The notes under the pieces: generated by a model | What the model was told of the DNA's origin: nothing | Seen by the model: the letters and a program-made list of their open reading frames with translations, nothing else | Database searches by the model: none | Shown: piece after piece, positions 27,268 to 36,975 of the stretch | How positions within the stretch are numbered: the first letter of the stretch is position 1 | Layout of the letters: every line of letters begins with the position of its first letter | Assembly (NCBI GenBank): GCA_965203905.1 | Contig: CBDBDQ010000005.1 | Location: 3,936,001 to 4,000,000, forward strand | DNA length: 64,000 nucleotides | Reading direction: 5' to 3' | Origin: Spirochaetia bacterium | Lineage (GTDB): Bacteria; Spirochaetota; Spirochaetia; SZUA-6; Bin103 | Program-made: the position numbers and the translations under genes

Positions 27268-29013
27268 GTGAAGCAACGGATCACGGCCGTCATGGTCGCG
27301 GCTCTTCTCGTCGCCGGGTTTCCGGCATTCGCCAGCGGCACCGTCGATGAGGCCGCCGAGGCGGCGCCCGTCGCCGCCGGCCCGCAGTACGGCGGCGTAC
27401 TGACCGTGCAGCACTGGGGAACCGACCCGCCCAACGCGGACATCAATACCGGCGGCGGGTGGCAGGCTATGCAGTACTTCTACGGCACCGTCGAGACGCT
27501 GGCCGGGGGAGATTTCGAGACCTATGGCCCGCGCGGCAACAACGCGTCCGGGTTCGAGTCCACCCGTGACTACCCCGAGACCTTCTGGAAGGGGATCCTG
27601 GCCGAGAGCTGGGAAGCGACGCCGAGCAGGATAACCATTAACCTGCGTCGCGGCGTCATGGTGGCTCCCAACGACCAGGTCGGGCTGCAGGCGCGCGAGC
27701 TTACCTCCGCCGACGTGGTGCTCGGCCTGGACCGCTACATCGACGGCCGGGCGGGACCCGGCAACAGCGGCGACCGGACCGAGAACGGCGGCTGGATCGT
27801 GGGCGTGCGGGCGGAAGACGACTATACCGTGGTCGTAGACCTCAGCAGCTTCAACGTCGCCCGGTACCTGCAGATGATGGAGCGGGCCCCGATCTATCCC
27901 ATCGAGGTAGTGGAGGCCAACCCGCAGGAGTTCGACAACTTGGCCGGCACCGGCCCCTTCATCCTGGAAGAGTACGTGGTCGGCTCGTCGCTGACCTTCG
28001 TCAAGAACCCGGATTACTGGGGGACCACCACCATCGACGGCGAGGAGTACGGGTTGCCGTTCGTGGACAAGTGGGTCAATCCCATCATCGCCGACGAGTC
28101 GGCGCGCTTGGCCGCGCTGCGCACCGGCAAGCTCGACATCTTCAGTTTGGTGCAGCCGCTGTTCGCAGAGTCCCTGGACAAGAGCAATCCCGAGTTGGAG
28201 AAGGCGGTCTGGATGCACCCGGGTGCCATGACCTTTGGGCTGAACGTCAAGAACGAGTATCTCGCCGACCGGGTCGTGCGGCGCGCCTTGATGATCGGAC
28301 TGGACCGGGAGGCGATCCTCCAGGCCGCGTTCGGCCTGGGCGAGAGCTACGGCTGGCCATTCACCGCCTCCATCATGCCGGGTGCGCACATCCCGCTCGA
28401 CGAGCTGCCGCCTTCGGACCAGGAGTTGTTCACCTACAATCCGGAGCGGGCCAAGGAGCTGCTGGCGGAGGCCGGCTATCCGGACGGGTTCGTGCTCGGC
28501 GACATCATCGTGACGCCGGGAAAACCGGAACCGCACGAGACCATGGCCACCATGGCCGCGGCGTTCTGGGCCGATATCGGCGTGGAGGTGAACATCAAGG
28601 TGATGGAGTTCGGCGCGTGGGCCGACCTGATTGCCTCGGGCGAGGGCTACGACATCGTCTCCGGGACCACGCCACACGACAATCCCGGGTTCTTCTTCGG
28701 TTCGCGGTTCGGGGTCACCACCGGCGACGGCGGCAACCACAGCAACTACCACAACATGGCGGTGATCGAGCGGTACAAGCACGCGATGACGCTGACCGAC
28801 GCCGCCGAGCGCGATGCCATCATGAAGGAGCTCACGTACACGGTTTGGGAGGACCTGCCCTATATCCCGATCGGGATCCCGGCCAAGCTGAGGTACTGGT
28901 GGCCCTGGGTGCAGAACTACTATGGAGAGTTCGAGGCGCCGCCCATCAGCATGGCGCGGTACGCCGCCCAGATCTGGATTGATCAGGCCCTGAAGAAGGA
29001 GATGGGCTTCTAA
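27268..29013 (+). CDS. ABC transporter substrate-binding protein, family 5
   Basis: Signal peptide; PQYGG, LAESWE, GTGPF, KNPDYW, YNPERAKELLAEAGYPDG. Confidence 0.9.
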   Translation: MKQRITAVMVAALLVAGFPAFASGTVDEAAEAAPVAAGPQYGGVLTVQHWGTDPPNADINTGGGWQAMQYFYGTVETLAGGDFETYGPRGNNASGFESTRDYPETFWKGILAESWEATPSRITINLRRGVMVAPNDQVGLQARELTSADVVLGLDRYIDGRAGPGNSGDRTENGGWIVGVRAEDDYTVVVDLSSFNVARYLQMMERAPIYPIEVVEANPQEFDNLAGTGPFILEEYVVGSSLTFVKNPDYWGTTTIDGEEYGLPFVDKWVNPIIADESARLAALRTGKLDIFSLVQPLFAESLDKSNPELEKAVWMHPGAMTFGLNVKNEYLADRVVRRALMIGLDREAILQAAFGLGESYGWPFTASIMPGAHIPLDELPPSDQELFTYNPERAKELLAEAGYPDGFVLGDIIVTPGKPEPHETMATMAAAFWADIGVEVNIKVMEFGAWADLIASGEGYDIVSGTTPHDNPGFFFGSRFGVTTGDGGNHSNYHNMAVIERYKHAMTLTDAAERDAIMKELTYTVWEDLPYIPIGIPAKLRYWWPWVQNYYGEFEAPPISMARYAAQIWIDQALKKEMGF

Positions 29014-29021
29014 GCAGGGAA

Positions 29022-29045
29022 GAGCCGCCCGTTGCCGGGCGGCTC
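29022..29045 (+). terminator. Hairpin after the binding-protein gene (terminator or mRNA stabiliser)
   Basis: Perfect 10-bp stem GAGCCGCCCG-TTGC-CGGGCGGCTC followed by a weak ATTT tail. Confidence 0.55.
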
Positions 29046-29057
29046 ATTTCAGTCGTC

Positions 29058-30212
29058 ATGGCCGCCGAGACTTTCTTCAACGACGTAGCGGTCGGTTCCA
29101 GCCGCGACTCAGTGGCTGGGCGGCGCTATCGGGGCCCCATCATCGATTGCGACGTACATCAGTCGTGGGCTGACGAGGGCGAGATCCGGCGCCGCCTGCC
29201 GGCGTACTTTCAACAGCCCTGGGCGGGGCTGGCCTCCAGCCCGTGGCCCAGCCCGATCGGCGTGCTCCGGGCCGACGCCGTTCCCGAAGGGGGCGGCCCC
29301 GCGGGGTCGTCGCCGGCCCTGATGGCGGAGCAGCTGCTCGATGCGTACGGCATCGTGCGCGCCATCCTGACCGGGCAGAGCGTGCTGACCGCCGGTGTGC
29401 ACGCCGACGCCGACTTCGGCTGCGCGCTGGCGAGCGCCTACAACGACGCCCTCCTGGAGACCTGGCTCACCGCCGACGATCGGTTCCTCGGATCGCTGGC
29501 CGTCGCGCCGCAGCGCCCGCGGCAGGCGGCCGCCGAGATTCGCCGCGTCGGCGGGCATCCACGCATGGTGCAGGTGATCATGACCAGCGCCACCCGCATC
29601 CCGTACGGCGACCGTTTCTACTGGCCGATCTACGAGGCCGCGTGCGACCTGGGGCTGCCGGTGGCCATTCATCCCGGGGCCGAGTGCAAGGGCATCGCCA
29701 ACCCCTACGCCGCCGGCATGCCCACCCGCTACCTCGACTGGCATACCAACATCCCGCAGAACTTCATGGGGCAGTTGACCAGCCTGGTGTGCGAAGGCGT
29801 GTTCGTGGAGTTCCCGGATCTCCGCTTCGTGATGATCGAGGGCGGTCTGGCCTGGATTCCGGCGGTGCTGTGGCGCCTGGACAAGAACTGGAAGGGTCTG
29901 CGCCACTCCGTGCCCTGGCTCACGCGTGCGCCGAGCGAGTACGTGTTCGAGCACGTACGCTTCACCTCGCAGCCGATCGAGGAGCCGGAGCGGCCGCAGC
30001 ACCTGCTGGCGCTGTTGGAGGCGGTGCACGCCGAGCAGACCGTGATGTTCGCGACAGACTATCCTCACTGGGATGGCGACTCACCAGACCACGCCATCCC
30101 GCCGCTGCCGCCGCGCCTCGCACGCCGCGTGTTCTTCGACAACGCGGCCGACCTGTACGGCCTGCACGCTGCCGCCGCCACCGCCGGCGCGCAGGCGGCG
30201 GCCGTACGGTAG
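29058..30212 (+). CDS. Amidohydrolase_2 family protein
   Basis: IIDCDVH, PVAIHP, FVMIEGG, TSQPIEEP, FATDYPHWD. Confidence 0.85.
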   Translation: MAAETFFNDVAVGSSRDSVAGRRYRGPIIDCDVHQSWADEGEIRRRLPAYFQQPWAGLASSPWPSPIGVLRADAVPEGGGPAGSSPALMAEQLLDAYGIVRAILTGQSVLTAGVHADADFGCALASAYNDALLETWLTADDRFLGSLAVAPQRPRQAAAEIRRVGGHPRMVQVIMTSATRIPYGDRFYWPIYEAACDLGLPVAIHPGAECKGIANPYAAGMPTRYLDWHTNIPQNFMGQLTSLVCEGVFVEFPDLRFVMIEGGLAWIPAVLWRLDKNWKGLRHSVPWLTRAPSEYVFEHVRFTSQPIEEPERPQHLLALLEAVHAEQTVMFATDYPHWDGDSPDHAIPPLPPRLARRVFFDNAADLYGLHAAAATAGAQAAAVR

Positions 30213-30367
30213 GCTGGGCTGGGCCGAAAGCGACGCCGGCAGGCGACGGTTTCGGGGCGGTAGGAGTCTGTCGGACTGACGCGTCAGCGTCAGGACGTCA
30301 GGACTCCGTACGGTAGGCTGGGCTGGGCCGAAAGCGACGCCGACAGGCGACGGTTTCGGGGCGGTAG
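30202..30367. repeat. Two 62-nt direct repeats with a palindromic 42-nt spacer (REP/BIME-like)
   Basis: 30202-30263 and 30306-30367 differ at one position; each has GTAG and a CCGAAA..TTTCGG hairpin. Confidence 0.85.
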
Positions 30368-30398
30368 CGGACGCCACGAAAAACACAGGAGGGGCACT

Positions 30399-31403
30399 AT
30401 GGAGCAACGCAGGTTCGGTGACAGCGACCTTGTCGGTTCGGCGCTCGGGTTCGGAACCTGGGAGTTGAGCACCACCGACTACGGCAAGATCGACGTCAAG
30501 GAAGCGCAGCGCGCGGCGCAGGAGGCGATCGATCACGGCATCACGCTGTTCGACACCGCCGAAGCGTACGGCCCGTATCACTCGGAGGAGCTGCTCGGCA
30601 AGGCGCTCGGGAGCCGGCGTTCGGAGGTCGTGCTGGTGACCAAGGTGGGGTTCGCCTACGAGGGCAACCGGTTCACCGCGACAGACTCATCCTTCGAAAA
30701 CGTCGTGACACGCGCCGAAGGCTGTCTGCGGCGCCTCGGCACCGACTGGATCGACCTGCTGCTGATTCACTGGCCGGATCACGACACCCCCTACGGGGAG
30801 CCGATCGCGGCGCTGGAGAAACTGAAGCAGGACGGAAAGATCCGCCACTACGGGGTCTCCAACTTCTCGCCGGCGATGCTGGAAGTCTGCGAGAGTGCCG
30901 GACACCTGACGGCGAACCAGGTCGGCTACAACCTGTTCGACCGGCGCATGGAACGGGCGGTGCTGCCGTACACCAGGGCCCACGGGATCGGCTTCATGGC
31001 ATACGGAACGCTGTGCTACGGCCTGCTGACCGGCGCCTTCACCGAGTCGACCACCTTCCTGGACTGGGACTGGCGCTCGCGCGGCCGGGCATTCGGTCTG
31101 CCGCTGTTCCGGCGCGAGCAGTTCCTCAAGGAGCTGCGGGTCGTCGAGCGGCTCAAGGAGATCGCCGCGCGCCACGGCAGATCGGTGGCGCAGCTCGCCA
31201 TCGCGTGGGTGCTGGGGCACCCGGCGGTTACCGTGGCGCTGGTGGGTATACGCCGGAGCGAGGAGCTGAAGGAAAACGTGGCGGCGGTAGAGTGGCGCCT
31301 CTCCGCCGAGGACCGGGAGCAGATCGACCGCGCCTTCGCCGAGGAGGGGGTTCCCACCCACGTCGACACCCCGCAAATCGTAGAGCCGTTTCTGCCGGCG
31401 TGA
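30399..31403 (+). CDS. Aldo/keto reductase
   Basis: FDTAEAYG, TKVG, IHWPD, GVSNF, AQLAIAW; AGGAGG SD. Confidence 0.92.
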   Translation: MEQRRFGDSDLVGSALGFGTWELSTTDYGKIDVKEAQRAAQEAIDHGITLFDTAEAYGPYHSEELLGKALGSRRSEVVLVTKVGFAYEGNRFTATDSSFENVVTRAEGCLRRLGTDWIDLLLIHWPDHDTPYGEPIAALEKLKQDGKIRHYGVSNFSPAMLEVCESAGHLTANQVGYNLFDRRMERAVLPYTRAHGIGFMAYGTLCYGLLTGAFTESTTFLDWDWRSRGRAFGLPLFRREQFLKELRVVERLKEIAARHGRSVAQLAIAWVLGHPAVTVALVGIRRSEELKENVAAVEWRLSAEDREQIDRAFAEEGVPTHVDTPQIVEPFLPA

Positions 31404-31419
31404 TCCGCCGGGCCGTCGA

Positions 31420-32241
31420 TCAGGATCTCGTGAGGTCGGCGAAGCGGTCCACGCAGGCGTCCGCAACCTGGTCGGGAGTCTGCCGCCACCAGTTGCGTTC
31501 CGAAAAGATCTCGAACTCCAGCGGCCCGGAGAAGCCGGTGGCGGCTACCTGCACCAGGAATCCCGGCAGGTCGATCACGCCGTCGCCGGGCATGCCGCGG
31601 TCCAGGCGTACGTCGCGGGTGTCGGCCAGCCAGTCGGCCAGATGCAGGTGCAGCAGGCGTGGGCCGGCGCGCACGATCTGCTCCGCCAGCGCGGGGTCCC
31701 ACCACACCGCGTAGCTGTCGAGGGCGATGCCCACGCTGGTTCCGGCGTCGAGCAGGTCGCACCAGTCGTTGGCCTGCGCCAGGGTGGTGAGCACGCCGCG
31801 GAAGGCGCAGGTCATGGGATGGAGCGGTTCGAGCGCCAGCTTGATTCCGGCCGCGCGCGCGTCGGGCAGCAGCGCCGCGATGCCCTCCAGCGCCCGGTCA
31901 CGGGCGAAGCGGAGATCGCGTTCGCCCGCCGCCAGCCCGCCGGCGATGGTGACCAGCGAATCGGCGCCAACCGCCGCGGCGGCGTCGAGCAGTCGCCGGT
32001 TATGCTCCAACGCGGCGCGCCACTCCGCGCCGTCGCGCGCGGTCAGCAGCCCGCCGGGACACAGCGCCAGCGCCCGGACCCCGTGATCTGCCAGCAGGCG
32101 GGCGGCAGCGGGGGCGCCGATGGCGGCCAGCTTGTCGTGCCATACCGCGGTCAGGCGGATGCCGTGGCGTGCCAGGGCGGCCACGCAGGTGGCGAAGTCG
32201 TGCCCGCCGAAGCTGATCTGGTGGACGCAGAGGTGTTTCAA
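31420..32241 (-). CDS. Sugar phosphate isomerase/epimerase (xylose isomerase-like TIM barrel)
   Basis: LALEPLHP, DSYAVWWD, HLADW, RGMPGDGVIDL, EFEIFS; TTG start overlapping the SDR stop. Confidence 0.85.
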   Translation of the reverse strand: MKHLCVHQISFGGHDFATCVAALARHGIRLTAVWHDKLAAIGAPAAARLLADHGVRALALCPGGLLTARDGAEWRAALEHNRRLLDAAAAVGADSLVTIAGGLAAGERDLRFARDRALEGIAALLPDARAAGIKLALEPLHPMTCAFRGVLTTLAQANDWCDLLDAGTSVGIALDSYAVWWDPALAEQIVRAGPRLLHLHLADWLADTRDVRLDRGMPGDGVIDLPGFLVQVAATGFSGPLEFEIFSERNWWRQTPDQVADACVDRFADLTRS

Positions 32242-32945
32242 TAGTCGGCCCGGCCGCCGGAGACGTCGAACACCGCCCCGGTGGTGAAGCCGCACTCCGG
32301 GCTGGCGACGAAGCAGGTCATGGCGGCGATCTCGTCCACGGTGCAGAAGCGCCCCAGGGGAATGCGCGCCTTGCGGTCGGCGATGTATTCGGGCGCCATG
32401 CCGACGAGGAATTCGGTCTCGGTCATGGCGGGGGCGATGCAGTTGGCCAGCACGCCGGAACGAGCGAGTTCCCGGGCCAGGGTCTTGGTGAGGCCGATCG
32501 CTCCGGATTTGGCCGCGCCGTAGGCGATGGCGTCGGGGTTGGCCTCCTTGCCCGCGATCGAGGCGATGGTGACGATACGGCCGTAGCCGCGGGCGCGCAT
32601 CCCCGGGACCAGCGCCCGCGAGCACAGGAACACCCCGGTGAGGTCGACCTCCAGGACCCGGTTCCACTCCTCCAGCGTGTACTCCCACATCGGCTTGGTG
32701 GGCCCCCCCACGCCGGCGTTGTTGACCAGGATCTGCACCTCGCCGGCGGCCTTCGCCGCGCCCTCCACCGCCTCCTCGTCGGTGACGTCGACGCGGCGGA
32801 AGCTGACGAAGCAAGGCTCGTCGGACAGCGTCAGGTCCCAGCCTTCCACCTGCGCTCCGGCGGCCTGCAGGTGGCGCGAGATCGCCAGGCCGATACCCCG
32901 GGCGGCGCCGGTCACGATCGCTTTCTGGGCCGTCAAGTCGGGCAT
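32238..32945 (-). CDS. Short-chain dehydrogenase/reductase (keto-deoxy sugar acid dehydrogenase-like)
   Basis: TGAARGIG, NNAG, ASIAGKE, YGAAK, FDVSGGRA; GAGGAG SD. Confidence 0.9.
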   Translation of the reverse strand: MPDLTAQKAIVTGAARGIGLAISRHLQAAGAQVEGWDLTLSDEPCFVSFRRVDVTDEEAVEGAAKAAGEVQILVNNAGVGGPTKPMWEYTLEEWNRVLEVDLTGVFLCSRALVPGMRARGYGRIVTIASIAGKEANPDAIAYGAAKSGAIGLTKTLARELARSGVLANCIAPAMTETEFLVGMAPEYIADRKARIPLGRFCTVDEIAAMTCFVASPECGFTTGAVFDVSGGRADY

Positions 32946-33035
32946 CTGCTCCTCCTCTCGGTGACGCTGCCGGCGTGTCCCGCTCCAGGTCGCCGTTGAC
33001 CCCGCACCACCGGGGCCGTACCCTCGGTGACCGGC

Positions 33036-33488
33036 ATGCCAGACTTCCACGTCAGCGTGGGCCAGGGCGCGGAGTTCACCAAGACCGTGGGCGAGACCGA
33101 CGTGTACCTGTTCGCCGGCGTGACCGGCGACTTTTCGCCGAACCACGTCAACCAGCGCTACATGGAACGCTCCAGCTATGGCACGCGCATGGCGCATGGT
33201 GCGCTGCTTGTGGGCTTCATGTCGACGGCATCCACCCTGGCGATCGCCGATACCCGTGCTGCCGACGAGACGCCGGTCTCGGTGGGCTACGACCGAGTCC
33301 GGTTCCTGCGCCCGGTGCTGTTGGGCGATACCATCACCGTGGCCTACACGATCGCTTCCATCGACCTGGGGCGGCGCCGCTCTACGGCGGACATCCGCGT
33401 TACCAACCAGCGTGACGAGCTGGTGGCCGTGGCGCAGCACATCCTGCAGTGGGTCGCGAACGAACCCTCCACCAGCGGCACCGCCTGA
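33036..33488 (+). CDS. MaoC-like (hot-dog fold) dehydratase
   Basis: FAGVTGDFSPNH, MAHG, RFLRPVLLGDTI. Confidence 0.88.
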   Translation: MPDFHVSVGQGAEFTKTVGETDVYLFAGVTGDFSPNHVNQRYMERSSYGTRMAHGALLVGFMSTASTLAIADTRAADETPVSVGYDRVRFLRPVLLGDTITVAYTIASIDLGRRRSTADIRVTNQRDELVAVAQHILQWVANEPSTSGTA

Positions 33489-33591
33489 GCGGCCGCCGTA
33501 CGGGCCTGGTGCCGCGGGGTTCGATGCGGCGGGTACTCTGACCGATCCCTGCCGGCGGCGGAGCGCTACGCCTCACCGGTGCGTCTGGAAC

Positions 33592-34629
33592 TCACTCGAG
33601 GTGCACGGTGCGGCCCGTGCGGGACGCTTCGAACAGCGCCAGGGTGGCAGCCAGCGTGCGCTGGCCCTCACGCCCACTGATGCGGGGCGCTTCCTGTTTG
33701 CGGATCACGCGCGCGAAGTGGGCGATCTGCAGCGTGAATACGTCGGCTCGCGGCACGGCGACGGCAGACGCCGCGATCGGCCGCGACCAGCTTGCCGCTC
33801 CGTCGTGGCGCCACAGGGTGAGGCGCGGAAACTCCAGCGCCGCCTCGGTGCCGAGAAAGCGGTACGGGTTCTGGTCGTTCTCGACGAAGCGCGCCGGGTT
33901 CTCGCCGGAGGCCTGTTCCCAGCTCCAGGGCGATACCGCGGCATCGGACAGCACCATGGCCCCTACCGCTCCACCGGCGAAGTTCAGGGTCAGCGCCGCG
34001 CTGTCCTCGGTCGCGAAGCCGCGCACCGCACTGGAGGTGCAGCCGCCCACCGCGACGATCTCCCCCGCCAGGCAGCGCAGCAGGTCGATCTCGTGGATCA
34101 GGTTGATCAGCACCGGCCCGCCGCCCGGCGCGCGTCGCCACTTGGGCAGGAAGTAGTCGTCCGGCTTGCGCATGCACCAGATGCCGCTCACCGCCACCAG
34201 CCGCCCCAGTGCGCCATCGGCGAGCAGGCGCGCGGTCTCCGCGACCGCCGGGTTGTAGCGCCGGTGGTGCCCTACCAGCAGCGGTACGCCGCGCTCCTCC
34301 GCGGCTCGGTTGAGGCGCTTCGCGGCCTCCAGCGAGGCGCAGATCGGCTTCTCGATGAGCGTCGGCACCCCCGCGGCGACGCACTGCCGGCCGACCTCTT
34401 CGTGCAGCGCGGTAGGGGTCGCCACGATCGCGCCGTCGATCGGCTCAACGGCCAGCAGCTCGCCAGGCTCCCGGTAGTGGACGGCCTCGTGCTCGCGCGC
34501 CAGGGCCGCGGCCACCGGATGGGGATCCACCACCGCCGCCAGCCGGCAGTCCGGGTCGGCCCGCAGGTAGCCGGCGTGCTGGCGCCCCATCACCCCGGCG
34601 CCGATCACGGCGATGCGCAATGGGGTCAC
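33592..34629 (-). CDS. Gfo/Idh/MocA family oxidoreductase
   Basis: IAVIGAGVMG, IEKP, VGHHRRY, GGGPVLINLIHEID; GTGA overlap. Confidence 0.9.
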   Translation of the reverse strand: MTPLRIAVIGAGVMGRQHAGYLRADPDCRLAAVVDPHPVAAALAREHEAVHYREPGELLAVEPIDGAIVATPTALHEEVGRQCVAAGVPTLIEKPICASLEAAKRLNRAAEERGVPLLVGHHRRYNPAVAETARLLADGALGRLVAVSGIWCMRKPDDYFLPKWRRAPGGGPVLINLIHEIDLLRCLAGEIVAVGGCTSSAVRGFATEDSAALTLNFAGGAVGAMVLSDAAVSPWSWEQASGENPARFVENDQNPYRFLGTEAALEFPRLTLWRHDGAASWSRPIAASAVAVPRADVFTLQIAHFARVIRKQEAPRISGREGQRTLAATLALFEASRTGRTVHLE

Positions 34630-36164
34630 TGCGACTGCTCCGTGAACAGCTCGGCGGCCATCAACCGGGGAGGGTGGGGCAGCAGCGGCCGGAACGCCAT
34701 GCGCCCCAGCACGTCCCCCTCCAGGTCCACGCCCGGAGCCACCTCGTCCAGCCGCACGCCCTCGGGGGTGAGGGTGAACACCGCGCGCTCGGTGACGTAG
34801 CGCACCACCTGGCCGCGGGCCGCGGCCTCGACACCGGAGAAGGTGATCTGCGCCACCCGGCGCACGAACTTGGCAATGGTGCCGTGGCGGTGCACGGCGA
34901 GGCGGCCGTTGCCGGGGCGCAGGTCCGCGCCCTTGGCCTCGAAGGTGCCGCAGAAGATCACGCTGCGGGCGTTGTCGGCGATGTCGACGAAGCCCCCCGG
35001 ACCGACGGTGAGCCCGCCGAGCTTGGAGGCGTTGACGTTGCCGCCGGCGTCCACCTCGCCGAACCCCAGAAAGGCCATGTCCAGACCCCCGCCGGAGTAG
35101 AAGTCGAACTGCGACGGCGCGTCGATCATCGCGCTGGGATTGCGGGCGAAACCGAACAGCGTGCCGGTCAGCAGGTCGCCCCCGTAGGTGCCGTGCTCGA
35201 TGGTCTGGTAGTAGCGCCCGGTCTCGCCGCGGGCGGCCACCAGCGCAGCCACTGCGTCGGGTATGCCGAAGCCGTAGTTGATCACCGCTCCTGGCCGCAG
35301 TTCGGCGTGCGCCCGCCGCGCCACCACCTGGCGCACGTCGAAGGGCGGCGGCGCCTGCGGCTCCACCGGCCGCCGCTTCTCGCCGGAGAGGGAAGGGTCG
35401 TAGTCGACGGCGTAACTCTGGCGCTGCTCCGGATCGAGCACGACTGCGTCCACGATCGCCCCCGGAATCCGCACCGCGCGCGCCGGCAAGGATCCGTTCG
35501 GCACCAGTTCCTTCACCTGCACGATTACCGTGCCGCCGCTGTTGTGGGCGGCCGCGGCCATGGCGTAGAGGTCCACGTTGGCCGGCTCCTGGTCCAGGCA
35601 GACGTTGCCCTCGGCGTCGGCGCGCGAGCCCTTCAGCAGGGCCACGTGGATCGGGAACGGCCGGTAACGCAGCAGCGGGCGGCCGTCGATCTCCACCCGC
35701 TCCACCAGCTCCTCGCGGGCGCTGGCGTTGAGCCGGCCACCCTCCTGGCGGGGGTCGGCGAAGGTGCCGAGGCCGACGTGGGTGAACAGGCCGGGACGCC
35801 CGGCCGCGATCTCCCGCAGCAGTTGCATGATCACCCCGCCGGGCAGCACGTAGGCCTCGATCTTCTCCGCCCGCGCCAACTCCTGCATGCGCGGCGACCA
35901 CACCCAGTGGCCGCCGATCACCCGCCGCACCATGCCCTCGTGGGCGAAGCAGTTCATGCCGCGGGTCTCGCGGTCGCCGATCCCGAGCGCGTGCACGCAG
36001 GTGAGCCCGCGCGGGCGGCCGCTGGCGAGGAAGCGCCGCTCCACCGCCCGGTGCAGGGTGGTGGCCTCGCACAGCCCGCCGCCGCCTCCCACCAGCCCCA
36101 CGGTGGCTCCATCCTCGATCAGTGCCACCGCGGCCTCGGCCTCCATCACCTTGTGCGGCTTCAT
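34626..36164 (-). CDS. Acyl-CoA:acetate/propionate CoA transferase (YdiF/Pct-like, family I)
   Basis: THVGLGTFADPR, NYGFGIP, catalytic EHG, GGFVDI, YVTERAVF; AGGAG SD. Confidence 0.88.
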   Translation of the reverse strand: MKPHKVMEAEAAVALIEDGATVGLVGGGGGLCEATTLHRAVERRFLASGRPRGLTCVHALGIGDRETRGMNCFAHEGMVRRVIGGHWVWSPRMQELARAEKIEAYVLPGGVIMQLLREIAAGRPGLFTHVGLGTFADPRQEGGRLNASAREELVERVEIDGRPLLRYRPFPIHVALLKGSRADAEGNVCLDQEPANVDLYAMAAAAHNSGGTVIVQVKELVPNGSLPARAVRIPGAIVDAVVLDPEQRQSYAVDYDPSLSGEKRRPVEPQAPPPFDVRQVVARRAHAELRPGAVINYGFGIPDAVAALVAARGETGRYYQTIEHGTYGGDLLTGTLFGFARNPSAMIDAPSQFDFYSGGGLDMAFLGFGEVDAGGNVNASKLGGLTVGPGGFVDIADNARSVIFCGTFEAKGADLRPGNGRLAVHRHGTIAKFVRRVAQITFSGVEAAARGQVVRYVTERAVFTLTPEGVRLDEVAPGVDLEGDVLGRMAFRPLLPHPPRLMAAELFTEQSQ

Positions 36165-36302
36165 TCTCCTCCTCTCCGGAGCCACGGGAACGTCAACCTA
36201 TCCGGGGCTGCAAGGTGTGTCGAGGTGTGTATCGGCATCTGAAAGGCGAATCAGCGGCGGCTTTGCGTTGACCATACGATAATTTCAACATATAAAGTCC
36301 AC

Positions 36303-36536
36303 ATGAAGGCCATACAAGTCATGTTCGACGAGACGTTGCTGGCGCGGCTCGATGCATCCGAAGACGTGCGACGAGACGGACGCTCGGCCGTGCTGCGTCG
36401 GGCGGCGGAGCAATTCCTGCATCGCCGGGAGCAGGAGTTGATCGATGAGCAATACCGCACGGCGTACGAGGGCGTCGACGTTCTGGATGCCGAGTTCGCG
36501 GACTGGGAGCACCAAGGCGCGTGGCCAGAGAACTGA
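36303..36536 (+). CDS. Ribbon-helix-helix antitoxin (MazE/CopG-like)
   Basis: 77 aa; MKAIQVMFDETLLARLD..RSAVLRRA; overlaps the toxin gene. Confidence 0.8.
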   Translation: MKAIQVMFDETLLARLDASEDVRRDGRSAVLRRAAEQFLHRREQELIDEQYRTAYEGVDVLDAEFADWEHQGAWPEN

Positions 36537-36847
36537 ACCGGGGCGAAATCTGGCTCTATACGTTCAAAGCTCCGGACAAGCGTCGCCCGGTGTTGATCAT
36601 CAGTCGGCAGGCGGCAATCCGGTTCCTGCGAACCGTGGTGGTGGCTCCAGTTACCTCGACCATACACGGTTCTCCGGCCGAAGTGGAGGTGGGATTCGAC
36701 GAGGGGCTCAAGCACCGGTCGGCTGTCAATCTCGATCACATACAGACGGTGGACAAGTCGCTCCTCCGCCAGTTCGTCGGGACGCTGGATGCTGCCGCCA
36801 TGCGCAAGGTCTGCCGGGCTGTCGCCGTCGCTACGGGCTGCGCCTGA
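36521..36847 (+). CDS. mazF: PemK/MazF family endoribonuclease toxin
   Basis: RGEIW, KRRPVLIIS, VAPVTS, NLDHIQTVDK. Confidence 0.88.
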   Translation: MARELNRGEIWLYTFKAPDKRRPVLIISRQAAIRFLRTVVVAPVTSTIHGSPAEVEVGFDEGLKHRSAVNLDHIQTVDKSLLRQFVGTLDAAAMRKVCRAVAVATGCA

Positions 36848-36975
36848 GGGGCGCGAAACGGCGCGTCAGGCCTTCCCGGAGATGCGACGATGGTCTACGG
36901 TCGAACGCAGTGGCTGAACCGGGGCACGGGGGTAACGCCGGTCTGACCGGGCGGTCCGTGAATGCGAGGATAGTC

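Noticed and set aside
30202-30367. Possible mini CRISPR array
   Set aside because: Only two repeats, 62 nt long, with a self-palindromic spacer and no cas genes; fits REP/BIME better
31420-32814. 464-aa fusion ORF, and likewise 33592-36072 (826 aa)
   Set aside because: The N-terminal parts are out-of-frame read-through over neighbouring genes; real starts are at 32241 and 34629
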